Below are positions 19,945-33,598 of a DNA stretch of 64,000 nucleotides, in pieces (the first letter of the stretch is position 1; the number at the start of each line of letters is the position of its first letter). Location of the stretch: contig CM102285.1 in NCBI GenBank assembly GCA_046563655.1, forward strand, positions 12,710,001 through 12,774,000, in the 5' to 3' direction. The DNA is from Yuukianura sp. NJ FZ-2021. Its lineage: Eukaryota. The translations under genes were made by a program, and so were the position numbers. Below the pieces are notes generated by a model that was not told the DNA's origin, did not search any database, and worked only from the letters and a program-made list of their open reading frames with translations.

Positions 19945-22900
19945 TCATTTGGATTGTTTCACGGGCACTGGGATTGCTGACTTTGATTGATTTTCGACAC
20001 GTCTTGTTCCGTCGTAAAGAGCCAGCGGTGACATTGGGCGACGTTCGAAGCGCAGCGGTGAAATCCGAATATCCTCGCACTTTAAGAAACTGGGTTGCCG
20101 TTCATCGTGACGCTGATACTGCCCGAGTGGAGTCGGCGGCATTGGGCGCGTTTCGCCTTGCTCAAACCCGTTTTCATTTTCGGAGTTTTTGCAGGTGACT
20201 TCCGGATGGAGTTCATTTTTCACCGGGGACAGCACTCCATTTTCAATTTTTAGCTCCTGGCTTGAGCAATTTGCGGAGTTGTTCAATTCGACTGTATTGA
20301 ATTGCACGGCTGAATTGACTCCGAGAACTGCTTCGGGAGCTGGCGACTTTTCTATGCGAGCAACTTCTGGAGCTGGTGACATTGGTCGCTCAATGTTCGG
20401 AGGTAGAGCTGGTGTTACTGGCCGATTTTCGTGGTCTTCGACACGAACTTGGACTGATTCAGTGATTGACTTTTCTGCTGTTGGCACAGTTCCGACTTGA
20501 GTCATCGGCTGATTCTGTGTATTCTGGGAAACAGTTCCAGCCGCAACCGATTGACTACAAGAAATTCAAAATTTTGAAAAAAAAAAATAAATTCAGTGTG
20601 CTTTGTTAGAATAGAACTGAACATACCGAATGTCTTCGTTCTCAATAAGTGTTTTATACTTCTTGAGCTCAGAGTCCAGAGTCACTTTGACACCAACGAG
20701 CTGCTGAAAATTTCCCAGCAACTCTTGCCTCTCGGATTTCATTTTTAGAAGAAGCTCTTCTAGCCGCATCTTCTCTTCAGCAAATGCTTTCTTCTCCGCT
20801 TCCCACCCAGATTTGACCTCTTGAGTACAACTTTCAAGTAACGCTTTTTCAGTTGCCAATTGCGAAATATTTTTCTCAAAAGTATTCAACTTCCATTGCA
20901 AATTTGACAAAGCGTTTCCTTGATTCTCAATTGTAGAAGTGAGTGCTCCAACTTCTTGTTGCAATTCTCCCTCTCTCTTCAATTTTAAACTCCACTGCTC
21001 ATCCTTATCTTCACGCAAGCGCATTTTATAATCTTCTTGCACTGAAGTCATTGTTTCTTTCAACCGTCGCTCGTATTGCTTTCGCAGCGCTTCAGCTTCT
21101 TGAGTTTGCTGAAATGTCGGTTGTGTTGGCACGGATCCGTTTGAACCCATAACTGACTTGGATTGGATTTCAGAAAAATTTCGAAATTCAGGTGATCCGT
21201 CACGTAAATTCGGTTGATCGGAGGAATTCAGAGTTTCAGTGACCTTCAAATTTGACAGCAATGGAGGAGTTGAAATCATCGCAGTTGCTGGAAGGTCACG
21301 TGATGATCCTGATGATTTTGGAATTGCCTCAAGCGAAATAAGTTGCGTCTTGGATTGGACCGTTGGAGGTGGCACTTGGAATCCTCTGGATACTTCATAG
21401 TCGACGTAATCAGTTGACCTCTGCTTCGGTCCTGGATAGCGAAGGTCATACGCTGACATTGTGTGTCTCATTAGCGGCATTTCTTGTCTGCTTTTTCCGA
21501 GTTGCAAGGTCAAAAAGTCCATTTTGCCTTCCAGCGATTGGATTTTCTGCAACAGCAGTTGCGATTCTCGTTGACCTCGAAAAAGTCTAACCAAGGGGTT
21601 TCAAAAATAACTTTACGAAAAGTGGGAATTTCCAATTGAAATTACAATTTTTGCTAGAAATTGTTATACCCAGTCATAATGTTGTGTGCTAAAGCTTTCG
21701 AATCGCTTCTCTCCGGATAATAATTTCGAACAAGTTCGAAAGTTTGCGGCATGACTCCTCGTCGAGTTATTTCCTCAACTTCTTCTGTTCTTGTGGTCCT
21801 TATGTTGTTAAAACTGCAATTAAGATGAATATTTGAGACTATTTTTCTACATTTTTGTTAAATTCGCGCATTACCCCATGTTTCCATAAATTTCGTAATT
21901 CGAGAGTGCTGAATCAGGTCTGACGATATTTGCGTTCCTATCAAAGACATGATGTGTCTTAACCGTAGGGAAGTTACTGGTGCCATTCACTGTTCCGGTA
22001 TCGTGACGATACGCCGAAGGCTGAACTCGTTCCGGTTCTGGTGACGATGACGAATTTGTAGTGATGTTCCGAGTATGCTGTGTGGCTTGGGCTCGTAAAT
22101 GCGTAGATTCTCCGTTAGGTTGTGGAGTATGCGCCCTGTCACCCGAAGTTCCTGCTGCAAATGTTTCAGGCAAGGCGTTACTTTGCACCGGCGTTTCTCT
22201 ACCGACGACTAGCAACGCTTCGTTAATGTCGTTAGAATTGAGCGATGATTTTCTACTGCTGCTGTTGACGGGGTCCGGCAGTTTCAAAGTTGTCGGTTCT
22301 GGAGTAGATGCCGTAGAGTTGCTTTGTCCGGAAGCCTCAGACGGTGTTCTATTTTTCATTCGGACTGAAATTCTCCGAAGGCTAAAGTCGATCACGGGTG
22401 GCTCAACATTAACTTGTACCATTTCCGGAGAGTGATCACTGCTACAGCAATAAATGTTAATTTTTACCCCAAAATGACAAATTTCGATTCTTTGTTATTA
22501 CACAAACTTACGCAAAAGGCTTTTCTAACTTCACAGAGTTAAAAGTTCGTTTGGGTTTCGGCGGAGTTGACTTCTGCTGGATGAGTTCTCTGATCACTGC
22601 CTCTTCCCTGAAAAAGAAAAAAAACTTCACAATTTTTTTTAGACAATCAAGGAGAAAGCAAAGGGAAAGCAATTTTTACCTTGAAAGCGGCGGACTAATT
22701 CCCGTGCTTTTGCTGTTCAAACAAAACTGAATTAGAGTAATCTGTAAAACATAATTAGTTTTTGATTTCACCTGGAAGCAGCTGGCAATATTGGTTTCGC
22801 AAAGCCGTTCGTTGTTGCGTGAGCACCAAATTTGACAACCGATTCATCTTGCCTGTATGAATAAGATGACAAGTTCAAAAAACAAACAACAAAATTGCTA

Positions 22901-23960
22901 AAATTGAAAATTGTTGTATTTGCCAAATATTTGCAGCACCTTGTTACAGTGTCTGGAACTGGCAACGGTGTCATCGATTTTGAATTGCCGTAAGCTTTAG
23001 CCGAGGTCACTGAGGTCACCGTCGTAGTTGTTTTCCAAGGCATTCGTACATGACTCACTAAACTTGGTGACAACCTTATTGAAAGTAATTGTTCATGAAT
23101 TAGTCGCAAAACTAGACTGCAAAAATATACTGTTAAAATTTTACTAACGGATATGCAGGTATTGTCCTAGTGTGTGCCGGTGTGCCTGACAGTGGTGACC
23201 ATGTCTAACAAAATCGTAATATTAAAAGTCACAAAGTTCGACAACACTCAAAGGTCAAACCGAAATCTTCTATGTACTTACTTGAGACTTTGCGTCGAAT
23301 TCTGGCGCAGAAGGAGTTTTCACCACTTGCTGTACGATTTGCTTCTCGAGTTCCACTTCTATCGGCGAAGTCGGCCAACTCTAAAGAAACAGCAACATCA
23401 TTTTCAGTTCAAAGCTTTTGCAGCATGTCAAAGGTCAAATCAGAGTTTCAGACTTACCGTTGGTGGCAATTTGTTTTGTGGCACAGGTAATGCTTGCACC
23501 ATTTCCGGTTCTTTTTCTGGAGGTTTTCGGCTGGGGCGCGTAGGTTCCATATATTCAAAATTTTTCGCTTGTTTTACATCGTTTTCCAGAGGTTGATCTG
23601 CATTGGACTTGTTGGGTAGTTTCACATTTCGTTTTTCCTCCACAATTTGCGATACAGTTTCAATTGGGTGGGAATTTCCAAGTCCTGGATATCCGACTTT
23701 CTCCGGAGGCTTCTTTTGCGCAAGTTTTTTCAAGTTCCGCATCTTCTGCGTCCTACTCAAAATTTCACAAAGGAAAAACAGCAAAGCCTGTGAATTACAA
23801 ACAACCAAATTTTGCTTATTTTTCAACAAAAACTACGAATTGGACTTTTTAATTTCAAAATTTTTGAAAACGTACCAGGATTCCTGCAAAGCCCACGACG
23901 GTTACGATGAGATACGAAAAATCACCAATGATCGGAGGCACTTCCGCCTCCAAACTGCAA
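19945..23960 (-). CDS. Multi-exon protein with an intermediate-filament/lamin-type coil-2 segment and long Ser/Pro-rich regions; 5' end uncertain
   Basis: ORF 20593-21594 is coiled-coil and ends FQQLVGVKVTLDSELKKYKTLIENEDIR, matching the IF helix-termination consensus; linkage of the upstream exons is inferred from splice sites. Confidence 0.7.
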
Positions 23961-25072
23961 TTACACGGTTTTTTGACCACCATCTTCAATAATTGACCTC
24001 TTCAAATGCAACTCAATAGAAATTTTTCATTTTTAAGAGAAAACTCGAGATAGTTTCAAAATGGCCAAGACGCTAGAAATCCATTTTCAAAATTTTTTGA
24101 AACAACTCTCTTAGTCCTATCTCTTTGTACGTCTTGCTTTCGTGTTAAGATGCTAATAAAAACTCCATTTTTCAAGGAGGAGTCAGTTAACCTGTTAAAT
24201 AACATCACAAAGTACTCCAATGACGAGGATCGTCCTTAGCCGCGTGTTATAACATTTCAAGCTTACATACATTATATTTAATTCCAATCAAATTATACTT
24301 AAAAACAGGTTTTTTAAACGAATCACCCCGTGATTTCAAGGCAAAAATCTAGTTTTCTGCAAAAATCCCAAACTGCAAAAAATTCGCAAATGTAGGAAGT
24401 TTGTGGCAAAACCTGCTGAAGAATATTAGCATTTTGTTTGTTGTCGCTCATCTCCTCTACTTTTTTGAGTTTAAAAAAAAGAAAAGATCGAAGTTCTTTT
24501 GGAAAGTTGTCATCTTCATTGGAATTCTTGATTGTTCAGTTTGCAAATATTCTGCAGTGGCAAGCCAGTAAGCTTCCACTGATGACTAATAAATTCTTAC
24601 TGTGACAAATAAAATTTAAATTTGAGATGCTGGAGTCATAAAAAGTGTTGGTCAATGTTCATTTTTAAATGTTTTTAGCAAAATTCACAAAAATAAAAGT
24701 TTACATCAATTCACACCAATGTAATAGTGTGATTTTCACAAAATAAAAACATGGCAAAGAAAACTTAACTTTTTAGAGAGGCTTCTTCACTCTGGATGTT
24801 CAGCTTCCATTACACCTTTGAATAGTAGCGCCGAGTTTCGATCTAATTTGGCTATTAATCAAAATAAACCAAACAAGTTCAACTTTTTAAAAATATTAGA
24901 CAAAAAGAAAACAACGAAAATTAAAAACAAAGTGTTTAAACACAAAGACAAGACAGCACAAAAAAGCAAAATGTTTCTACTTGAACGTGGCGACACAAAC
25001 GAAAGCGTTTGGCTTAAATAAGACAAAACTACAACGCTGGACAGGTACACAAAAGAAGCAGAAGATGCTGGA

Positions 25073-27723
25073 TCACGAGTAATCCTCGGTTTCTAAATCC
25101 TGAACAACAACTTCTTTCAAGGAAGTTCTCTTCGTCGGTTTATTTTCTGGATCCATTTCAGAATCTCCGAGAAGCGGTGTGGTCTCCTCGGCCTCGTCTT
25201 CGTATTTCAGGTGATACTCTTCGGGATACACAAGGTGCCCGAGATACTTGCGGCTTGTATCGATTCCTACGTTAAGTTAGGTAAGGCATCACAACATGGT
25301 GTTAGTAAACAAGTTATGGACAGCACAACAATTACTGACACAGTAGCAGTTGAAATGGTCAAAATAATTTGATGAAAAAGTGAAAATGCCAGCCGCTACA
25401 AAGAGTTAGGTTAGGTTTGGTTTTATAGCTTTTCATATTTTTGATCGTCTCACTTTTTGTTCTTTTCACTTTTTGACCAAATTGTTTTTGACCATATTAC
25501 ACAAAACCAGACAACATAATTGACATGGAAGGTTACGCGAATGGTGTCAACTTGAACGTTACCTGCCAACTTCCTCAGCCATATTGGTTTACTTGTCCAG
25601 AAGATGAAGATGAGGTAAATTGGAATTCCGGACAGGACGATTCCAACGGCGACTAGCAGTTCACCCGGCGAACTTGTGAAAAACGGGAGGATGAGTAGGA
25701 AGAGACAAATGACGAAGAATACAATTGGCAGCATTATGTTTATCTAAAAACAAAATACAAGCACCATTCGGGTGAATCATCTTATCCAGTTGTTTAGTTT
25801 GAGCAGTAAAACGTTTTTAAAAAATCATACGTCACCTTGATTGGTCTAACAGCATGAGGCTGTGTGTATCGTAGCAGGATGACGCCGAAGCAACAAGCTG
25901 TCCAAGCCAACGCCTCCGAAAAGGCAATGTAGTTGATCATGGTGTAAACGTCTTTGACAAGAAGCATGAGCAGGGATACCAAGGCCTAGACAAAAACAAA
26001 TCCAAAATGCCAAACTCTTTTCCAAATTTTGACTTTCAAAAAAAATTTCACCAGGAAAACCAGCGCTGGTATTGGTGTACAAGTGTCCATGTTGATAAGT
26101 GCGAGTGCTTTTGGCAAATGTCCTTCTCGTGCTCCCGTAAAGACTAATCGCGAAGGTGCAAAGATGTTGCCATTTAGAGCCCCGAAAGTAGAACTGCGAA
26201 AACGAAAAAAAACATCAAAACTCATGCCATTTTTTTCAAAAACGAAAATGAACAAAGAAATTGCGTCTCACCATGCAACGAATGCTGGCATAATCCAGGC
26301 CATTACTCCAAGAAGTTCGTCGCCAAAAGTCTGTTTATGGCAAAACCAAAAGAAAACACTTGAAAATCTGCGTGTCTGGACAAATGAGCTTAAGTTGTTA
26401 CGGGTCAGGAGTTGAGGTCATACCACAGCCACGGCATTTGAAGTCAGAATGTCTGTTTTGCTCAAGACAACAAAATATGACAGATTCGTCAGAACGTAAA
26501 CGACCGTAACAAGTGGCAGAGATATGTAGATGGACCTCGGTAGGTTTCTGAAAGCAGAGCAAAGGAAGATCGATAAAGAACGTCTGACAATTCAATTTGG
26601 TCAACTCACTTGAATGGATCCTTGAGTTCTTCAGTAACAAAGTTCAAGTAATTCCTAAAAATCAAAACAAACATGACATGTTTCGCGTGTCAGTTGACAA
26701 TAAATCTTCAATTTGTAAATGGCTAACCATCCAGCGAAAGAGAACAGTCCAGAATAGAAAGCCAAGGCAATAGAAGCTGGATCTTTGTTCGTGTCTTCAA
26801 AAGGTTCTGAAAAGTGTCCAAGGCCACTCGTCGCCATCACCACAACTCCAGCTACAATGATGACAACCAGAGCAATGAACTTCGTCACTGCAAATATATC
26901 TTGAATCCTTGCTGTCCACTTGACATTGTAGCAGTTGATGGCTGTCAGAAGACCTGTCAAGCAAAAGCAAAACACATGTGCCCATGTATCAACTAACGAA
27001 AAGACTGCGCAGAAGCAGCTCAGTTTACTTACAAATGACAACGGCACTGAGCAACCTCACTCCAAGATCTGGCGGAGCACAGTCTGGCCAAAATGGTTGA
27101 AGCGTGTAAGTGGAGAAGGTCAAAGCCAAAACAGCGTTTCCTGTTGGAATAATGATGAGTAGAGCTACCCAGAGGAACAGAAACGCTGGAAGTTGTCCAA
27201 GCGATTCCAGGATGTACTGGTAGTCTCCTCCTGATTTTGGAATCATTGTTCCCAGTTCGGCGTAGCAGAGAGCACCAACAAGCGACAGCACTCCACACAG
27301 AATCCATATTATCAAAGCGAGTCCAGGAGATCCAGCTTCCAGTAGCACACCTTTGGGACTAACAAAGATTCCAGCACCTGAAACCAAAATCAATTTTAAA
27401 AAAAAATTCAAAATTTCGAAATTTTCTGGTCAAATTGATGATAGCTTACCAACAATTACTCCAAAAATAATAGCAACTCCATCTACCAGACCAAGCTCTT
27501 TTTTCAAATGAACGTGAACCCCTTCCTAGCAAAATAAAAAGACGAACGTAATTAGAATTTTGATTGTTGCATCATGTTTCATTTCAAAATTCAAACTCCT
27601 TTCACAAAAATTCTGAAAATTGGTTTCGTAAAAAACATTTTAGAAAAACTTTACCTTTCCATCTTTGGAATCCGAAGAGCCGAGATCGTTTGAGATCTTC
27701 TCGTTAGTTGCCCGGTTCTTCAT
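25073..27723 (-). CDS. SLC7 L-type amino acid transporter light chain (LAT/y+LAT-like)
   Basis: [84 protein letters not shown]. Confidence 0.93.
25355..25500. mobile_element. Degenerate inverted-repeat element in the last SLC7 intron
   Basis: TGGTCAAAA/AAAAGTGAAAA motifs on the left, TTTTCACTTTTTGACCA...TTGACCATATTAC on the right, TTAGGTTAGG in the middle; resembles 61801-61983. Confidence 0.45.
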
Positions 27724-29267
27724 CTTGAATTTGTGAAATCACCAATTCAGTTCGGGAAAAATGGATTTACTGAAAATAAAAACTGTATTTTTCAAAATTT
27801 CAACTTTCTTGAAACAAAAACTTAAAATTTTTAGAACAATGCACTATTGCATTTCATTTCTGTTCTACCTGTGCTGCAAAAATGACGCAACGCAGGTCTA
27901 GACTTTCTGAGATTACTATTTTTACACCTTCTCAAGAGTGTATAAGTGTCCAAAAAATTAGCAATTCAAATTAGCAATTGAATTTAGCATTGAAATTGAA
28001 GAAGGCTATTGTTATCAAATTCTATTTTTGGTTAGTCCAACATTGTATTGCATGTTTGACCAAGACTTGATAACAATTGGCCCACATTTCCTAATTTCTT
28101 TTCAACTTGCAGTTTGGATTGATGCAATTTTTACACACAATTACTATAAAAGTTAAAGTAAATATTTACCCTTGCTCTTGAAATTAAATTTTCAAGGAGC
28201 TGGACAAGCGCGACGCTTCTTCTAATGCAGTCACTTTCCAAATGACATCAAATCGCTGCTAGAGCGCTGATAGTACAGTCCCTTTTTTAAAAATTGAATT
28301 GCGAAACTATCCATTCACGACTAGCAAAATTTTATGTCCAAGATAAGGACGTTCAACAATTAAATTTTAAGAGTCAGGCGCCTAAAAATCAGCCGAATTT
28401 GCAAATTGGAGTAAAAGGAATTGCAAATTTCCAATGCCCCACTTTATCTCTTGACCATAAAAGTTAGCCTGCAAAACCACAACAGACACTGGTTGATTAA
28501 GTGAGGATGACACGGGAGTCTTATGGACATGGAGAACATCAACTTCCTTGCGTGGGAGTACCGAAATGGCTTGTTCCAGAAGTTCCAATCGCTGCAAAAC
28601 TATTAATCCGCCCCAATGGTTTCCTCTTACCACAAAACTACAATAGAAGTCCAACCTCCACGTGTATTAATTACCACCCTGGGATTTAAAATCTCCAATT
28701 GAAAATGCAAATCCAATGTAACTGCAAAGAATACAAACAAGTTAATCGCAAACACAACGAGAATATAAGTTACTAACTTCAAATTCTAAAAATTCCATGA
28801 CTCAGGCAGCCGAGTCCAACTTTAGGCAACAAATCCCTAACAAAACACTTTTGAAATTGAAATTGACTCAATTCTAAGTATAGAAAGGAAAAAAGTTATG
28901 GATAGCATTTCTAAAAAAATAGAAGAAAAGAGGTACCCTTTCAGAAAAGTTTGGAAGTTTTATTAAGGCAGCCAAAATAGCATCATGCAATAGCGTCTAA
29001 GAGGAAGATCATTGATAAATATTACAATTGACTCATCAGATTGTTGGTTCAACTACTAAACTGTAAAGTTGTTAAGGCGTAAAGCAGACTTTTACTTTTA
29101 TAAGCCGTTTTACAGTTTAACGGCCTTGAAATCTAAAAACTTCAATCCTTCCCCAACAGCCTGTCCAAAGACAATTTATAAAAATTAAAACTTCTGTCGT
29201 TCTCACGCGTAATATAATCTGGCCATGTTTCCATTTCCATTCGCCAATTTCAATTTCGTTTCACTTT

Positions 29268-31091
29268 TCAACTTGTGGCTTCGTGTTTCAAATTGTAAAT
29301 GAAGGCAGACCCGTCTTCTGATCCCGAAGCAAGTTTTGTTCCATCCCTACAACACAAGACACATTTAGCACTGCAATTAAAAATAGTTAAGCTAAAATGT
29401 GTAATTTAGTTACTTTGTAATAGCTAAATCCAAAATTTCGGCTCGGTGCCTTCCGAGAATACTTTCTTGTTTACAGGATCTCGCATCAAAAGAGCGAATA
29501 GCACCGTCCATTCCTGCTGTGTAGACGATTGGTGTAACGTTGTCCCAAATCAGTTTCGTAAGACCAACTTCTTGAGTAATCCGAAGACGTTCGGTCTAAA
29601 ACACGGGATTAATCAGAGGAGAGCATTAGCAAAGCGGATCATAAGAATTTTGCAATTTTAATTTGCAATGTTTTAAATACCATTAGCGTAACGTCCCAGA
29701 TCACCAAATGTCCAGTTACAGAGCCAGCAGCTAAGTAGTCAAACTGAGAACCAGAGTAGAAAGCAACAGTTTCGATGCTATGAGCTTTGTCATCTTCGAT
29801 AGCTTCTGCCGATGGAACTCCTCCAGGAGTGCAATGCCAAACTGTAATTAACTAAATTACAAAGTTACCAATTAGTTCCAAGGAATTCTTAGATTAATAA
29901 ACGACGAACTATGAAAATTACGAGAAGTTGACATACTTTTCCGCTTTGGGTGTTGTAGAGTTTGACCGCACCGTCAGCACTTCCTGTTGCAATTACATTG
30001 AGCCTTTTGTGCCGATCAATTGAAATTACAGCGGACTGCTCTCCTTGTGGCATCGGTTTTACAAATTGAGTCAAAACGTCTCCAGAACGCAGATCGAACA
30101 TCTTCACTCCTCCATCTGCATAGCCAGCCACTAGACGCTTGCCTAGAAAAGACAAAAACACAAAGCTCAGCCAAAACACTAAACAAAAGTTTCAAAAATG
30201 TAAAAATATTATTCGCATACCGTCGGGGAGAAGCGTCCCACATTCGCATTTGGAGTTGCTACCGCCGTAGATTTTGCATTCTCCGCTGGGAATCTTCCAC
30301 ATGTAAATGGAACCATCTTCGGTACCCGCAAAAAGAACGTTACTTTGAGTGTGCCAAAAGCTCCACTAAAAGTTTTCAAATTCATCAATACGAAAAGTAA
30401 AATACGAACTTAGGAAAGTAGACCTTACCGATAAATCGCCAGTCTCGAAAGTGATGACATTTTCGGATGTGCTCGTCCTCCAAACTTTGACCATTCCACT
30501 CAGGTCACAGGTACAGAAAAATGAAGAATCCCAGCTGAAAGATGCACTCACGACTGAATCCTTAAAAACAAAAAATCTTTTAATCAGCGACACACGTAAA
30601 CGTCCACTGGGTCATTAAACTTGCACCAATTCTTACCACATGCCCTTTACATTTGCAAATTGGGAAATGCGTTTTGATCGATGTAGAATCCCAGACGTTC
30701 GCCACGTCGTCTTCTCCACCGGTAATTAATTTGTGCCCTGCAGAGTCGAACGAGAGGCAAAATACAGCTGACCCTGGAGATTTAAAACAAAAATTTTTTA
30801 AACTCTCCTCTTACGTTGGACACAAATTCAATTTTTTTTAATTGTACCCATATGAGCAGTCAGAATATAATCTGGTTTGATGCCAGTGAACCCTTCAAGT
30901 CCAGGACCAGTGGACATGTCATCGTCATCTTCAATTTCATCGTCTCCCAGATCTCCCTGGTCAGTTCCCGTTGTTCTTTCAAAGTCGTCATCATCCTCAT
31001 CATCAACAACTTCAATCATGTCAATTTCCTCGAAAGAGTCATCTTCTTCGTCCACAGTGAGATGATCATTTTCTCTTTTTCCGTCCGTCAT
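29268..31091 (-). CDS. AAMP: AAMP/Sqt1-like WD40 protein
   Basis: Acidic N-terminus followed by WD40 repeats: ITGGEDDVANVWD, DSVVSASFSWDSSFFCTCDLSGMVKVW, GKRLVAGYADGGVKMFDL, KLASGSEDGSAFIY. Confidence 0.85.
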
Positions 31092-31740
31092 TATTTCGGC
31101 TATTTGTTCTCGAAATCGCAGTCAATTTTTCCTGTAAATTAATCACAGGGCACAATAAGTTTTAAAATTATAATCAATGAATTATTATGTAGAACAAGGA
31201 GAAACAATTTTTATTTTTGTTAAGATATTCATTTATAGTAACGTTTTCTGCATAAGAGTAAATGCCTTTTCTGCCATCGAACTATACAGTACCACATGGT
31301 ACCCAGCAACGAGAAGAATTGAAAAAAGTGAACCGGCGGCATGTAGATGCAGATGAAACTCTCATAAATCAGCTGCTGCTGCTGCATTCATTCTTGCAAA
31401 AAATCTAACAATACACAAATGTATCTAGCAAAATAACTATTTCATTGCAGTCATTAGTGTTAGAATCATTATCAATGTCCATCAGTAGTGAAGAACCTTA
31501 AGATTTTGGAGTGAGGAAATAGACAGATTAGGACATGACAAAAGGTCAAGACAAAGGTCACGAGAAATCTTCGATAAGAAACGGACCAGCTCACTTGACG
31601 AAAAGGAGCCCAAAGTCAAATTTCTGAACACGCCAACCAAGATCTGTAGAAGACAAAGTTAAATACTGGTCCAGCGTGTTAAAATTTGGGCAGCATTTTT
31701 GAGAAGTATTCTGAATTCCTAAACATCAAATTCTGCGAAA

Positions 31741-32449
31741 ATGAGCATACTTTGCAGAGCCATTTTTAATGTTGCAAGAACCAGTGCTGCAAGCAACCTA
31801 CAACTGGCTAAATTCTCAACGACATCTTTCCTAGCAGGTAATTGAGATGAACAATTAGAAAATTGATTAACGCTGATCTAATTGATTCCTCTTTTTGCAG
31901 CCAGAAAGTTTACGGACAAGCACGAATGGGTGGAACTGAACGGAAAAGTAGGAACTGTTGGAATTTCTGAATACGCTCAAGGGTCCTTAGGAGATATCGT
32001 CTACGCTCAGCTTCCGGATGTCGGGACGGAGTATTCTCAAATGGGTAAAGCTGCAATTAGAAAAAAGCATTTATCATATGTTGGTCTGGAGCAATAATGA
32101 TTAACCTAACATAACTCTTTATACTAGATGAATGTGGTGCCCTTGAAAGTGTGAAAGCGGCTAGTGAATTGTTTTGTCCAGTTTCCGGTAAAGTGGTAGA
32201 GAAAAATATTGCTGTGGAAGGATCACCTGGACTAATCAACACATCTTGTTACGATCAAGGTATGCATTCGTAATTAATTGACATTTGATTTTTCAAGCAT
32301 GCCGTAATTTGATTTGCTGAATCCTAAACAATGTAATTTTCTTGTCAGGATGGCTGTTCAAATTGGAGCTGAGCAAACCAGAGGAAATGGACGGACTTAT
32401 GGATGAAGCGTCGTACGACGCCTACCTGAAATCCAGCTCCGATCACTGA
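31741..32449 (+). CDS. GCSH: Glycine cleavage system H protein, mitochondrial
   Basis: Presequence exon, [28 protein letters not shown], lipoyl motif [13 protein letters not shown]. Confidence 0.95.
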
Positions 32450-33598
32450 ATCCAAGATTAGACCTTGTTCAAGTGATGAAAAGATTTTGTGCCCTACTAC
32501 ATGTTTAGTTGCTTCTGTCAATTAAATACAGTTCCTTGGTTCTAGATATTCTGTCAATAAAATATTAAAAATGTAGATTGTAGATCAGCTGAGAAAAACG
32601 AAACCGGTCAAGTTTAGAAACAAAATCTAGATTCAATGCAAGCACGTTACCGTTTCGGTCATTTAGAATTAATACTACGCCAATGAAAATTTATATTAGC
32701 TCGGACTGGCTAAGATACTTTGTTGTGAAAGGTTGTCGCGTCACAAAATGACATCCCGATCCTAACTTAGGAAGTAATTAAGTTGCTTCAATCAAGCGTT
32801 GATATCAATAAATTTGATCTCTATAATCGTAATCTAACCGTTGTACTAGTAGTAGATGAAAAAAGACATTTCTCTGACCTTTGCTAATTTTTGCAGCTGA
32901 TGACGTCCGGTCTCCGTGTATACTTCAAAATCAATCTCCAAGCAAGGGTTGTCCTGGTCAAATTCAACTATTCAAGTAGTACTGATTAATCGAAGTAATC
33001 AATTAACTTAAGATATTCTACTAAAAGAAGTGTGAATGAGTTAATTAATTAAAGGTAAACGTGAACGTGAAGTGACAACGACAACCGCAACAGCCAAAAT
33101 TGCGTGTTTTTTTTCATGCTGAGGCAAATCAGCTGCAAGAAAAGCACTGAAAATCTCGATTCAATTTTGGCGGAATTTTTAAATCAAATTTGGGAAGGGT
33201 GAGATTTCGCGCCTAATTTCAAATGCAGCGTCAGTAACTCCTTATCCATATGAAATTTAAATTCAAAAAAAAATATTAATAAAAGTAATTAAAATTATTA
33301 ATAATCCATCAATTATTATTTCAATATCAATATCAATTAAAAATAAATTTAGTTATTTATTATTTTTGATCAAGCTGCAAATGCGAAGAAACATTTTTAT
33401 AAACACCTACTAAGAAAGAGATGCACTCCAGCTAAACCCCAAGAGAAAAGAGCACGCAAGGGCAATAGAATTAACGATTAGATCTTTGATTAGTACATAC
33501 CTGAATTCCCAGAACTAATTTTTATACACATACAATGATTGGCAGTTATAATTATAATGTAATTGTTAATTAACTTTGCTTTGACCTTTTAGCACCAT

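Noticed and set aside
22061..23992. Plus-strand ORFs overlapping the IF-like gene
   Set aside because: Shadow frames of minus-strand exons with no independent splice or motif support
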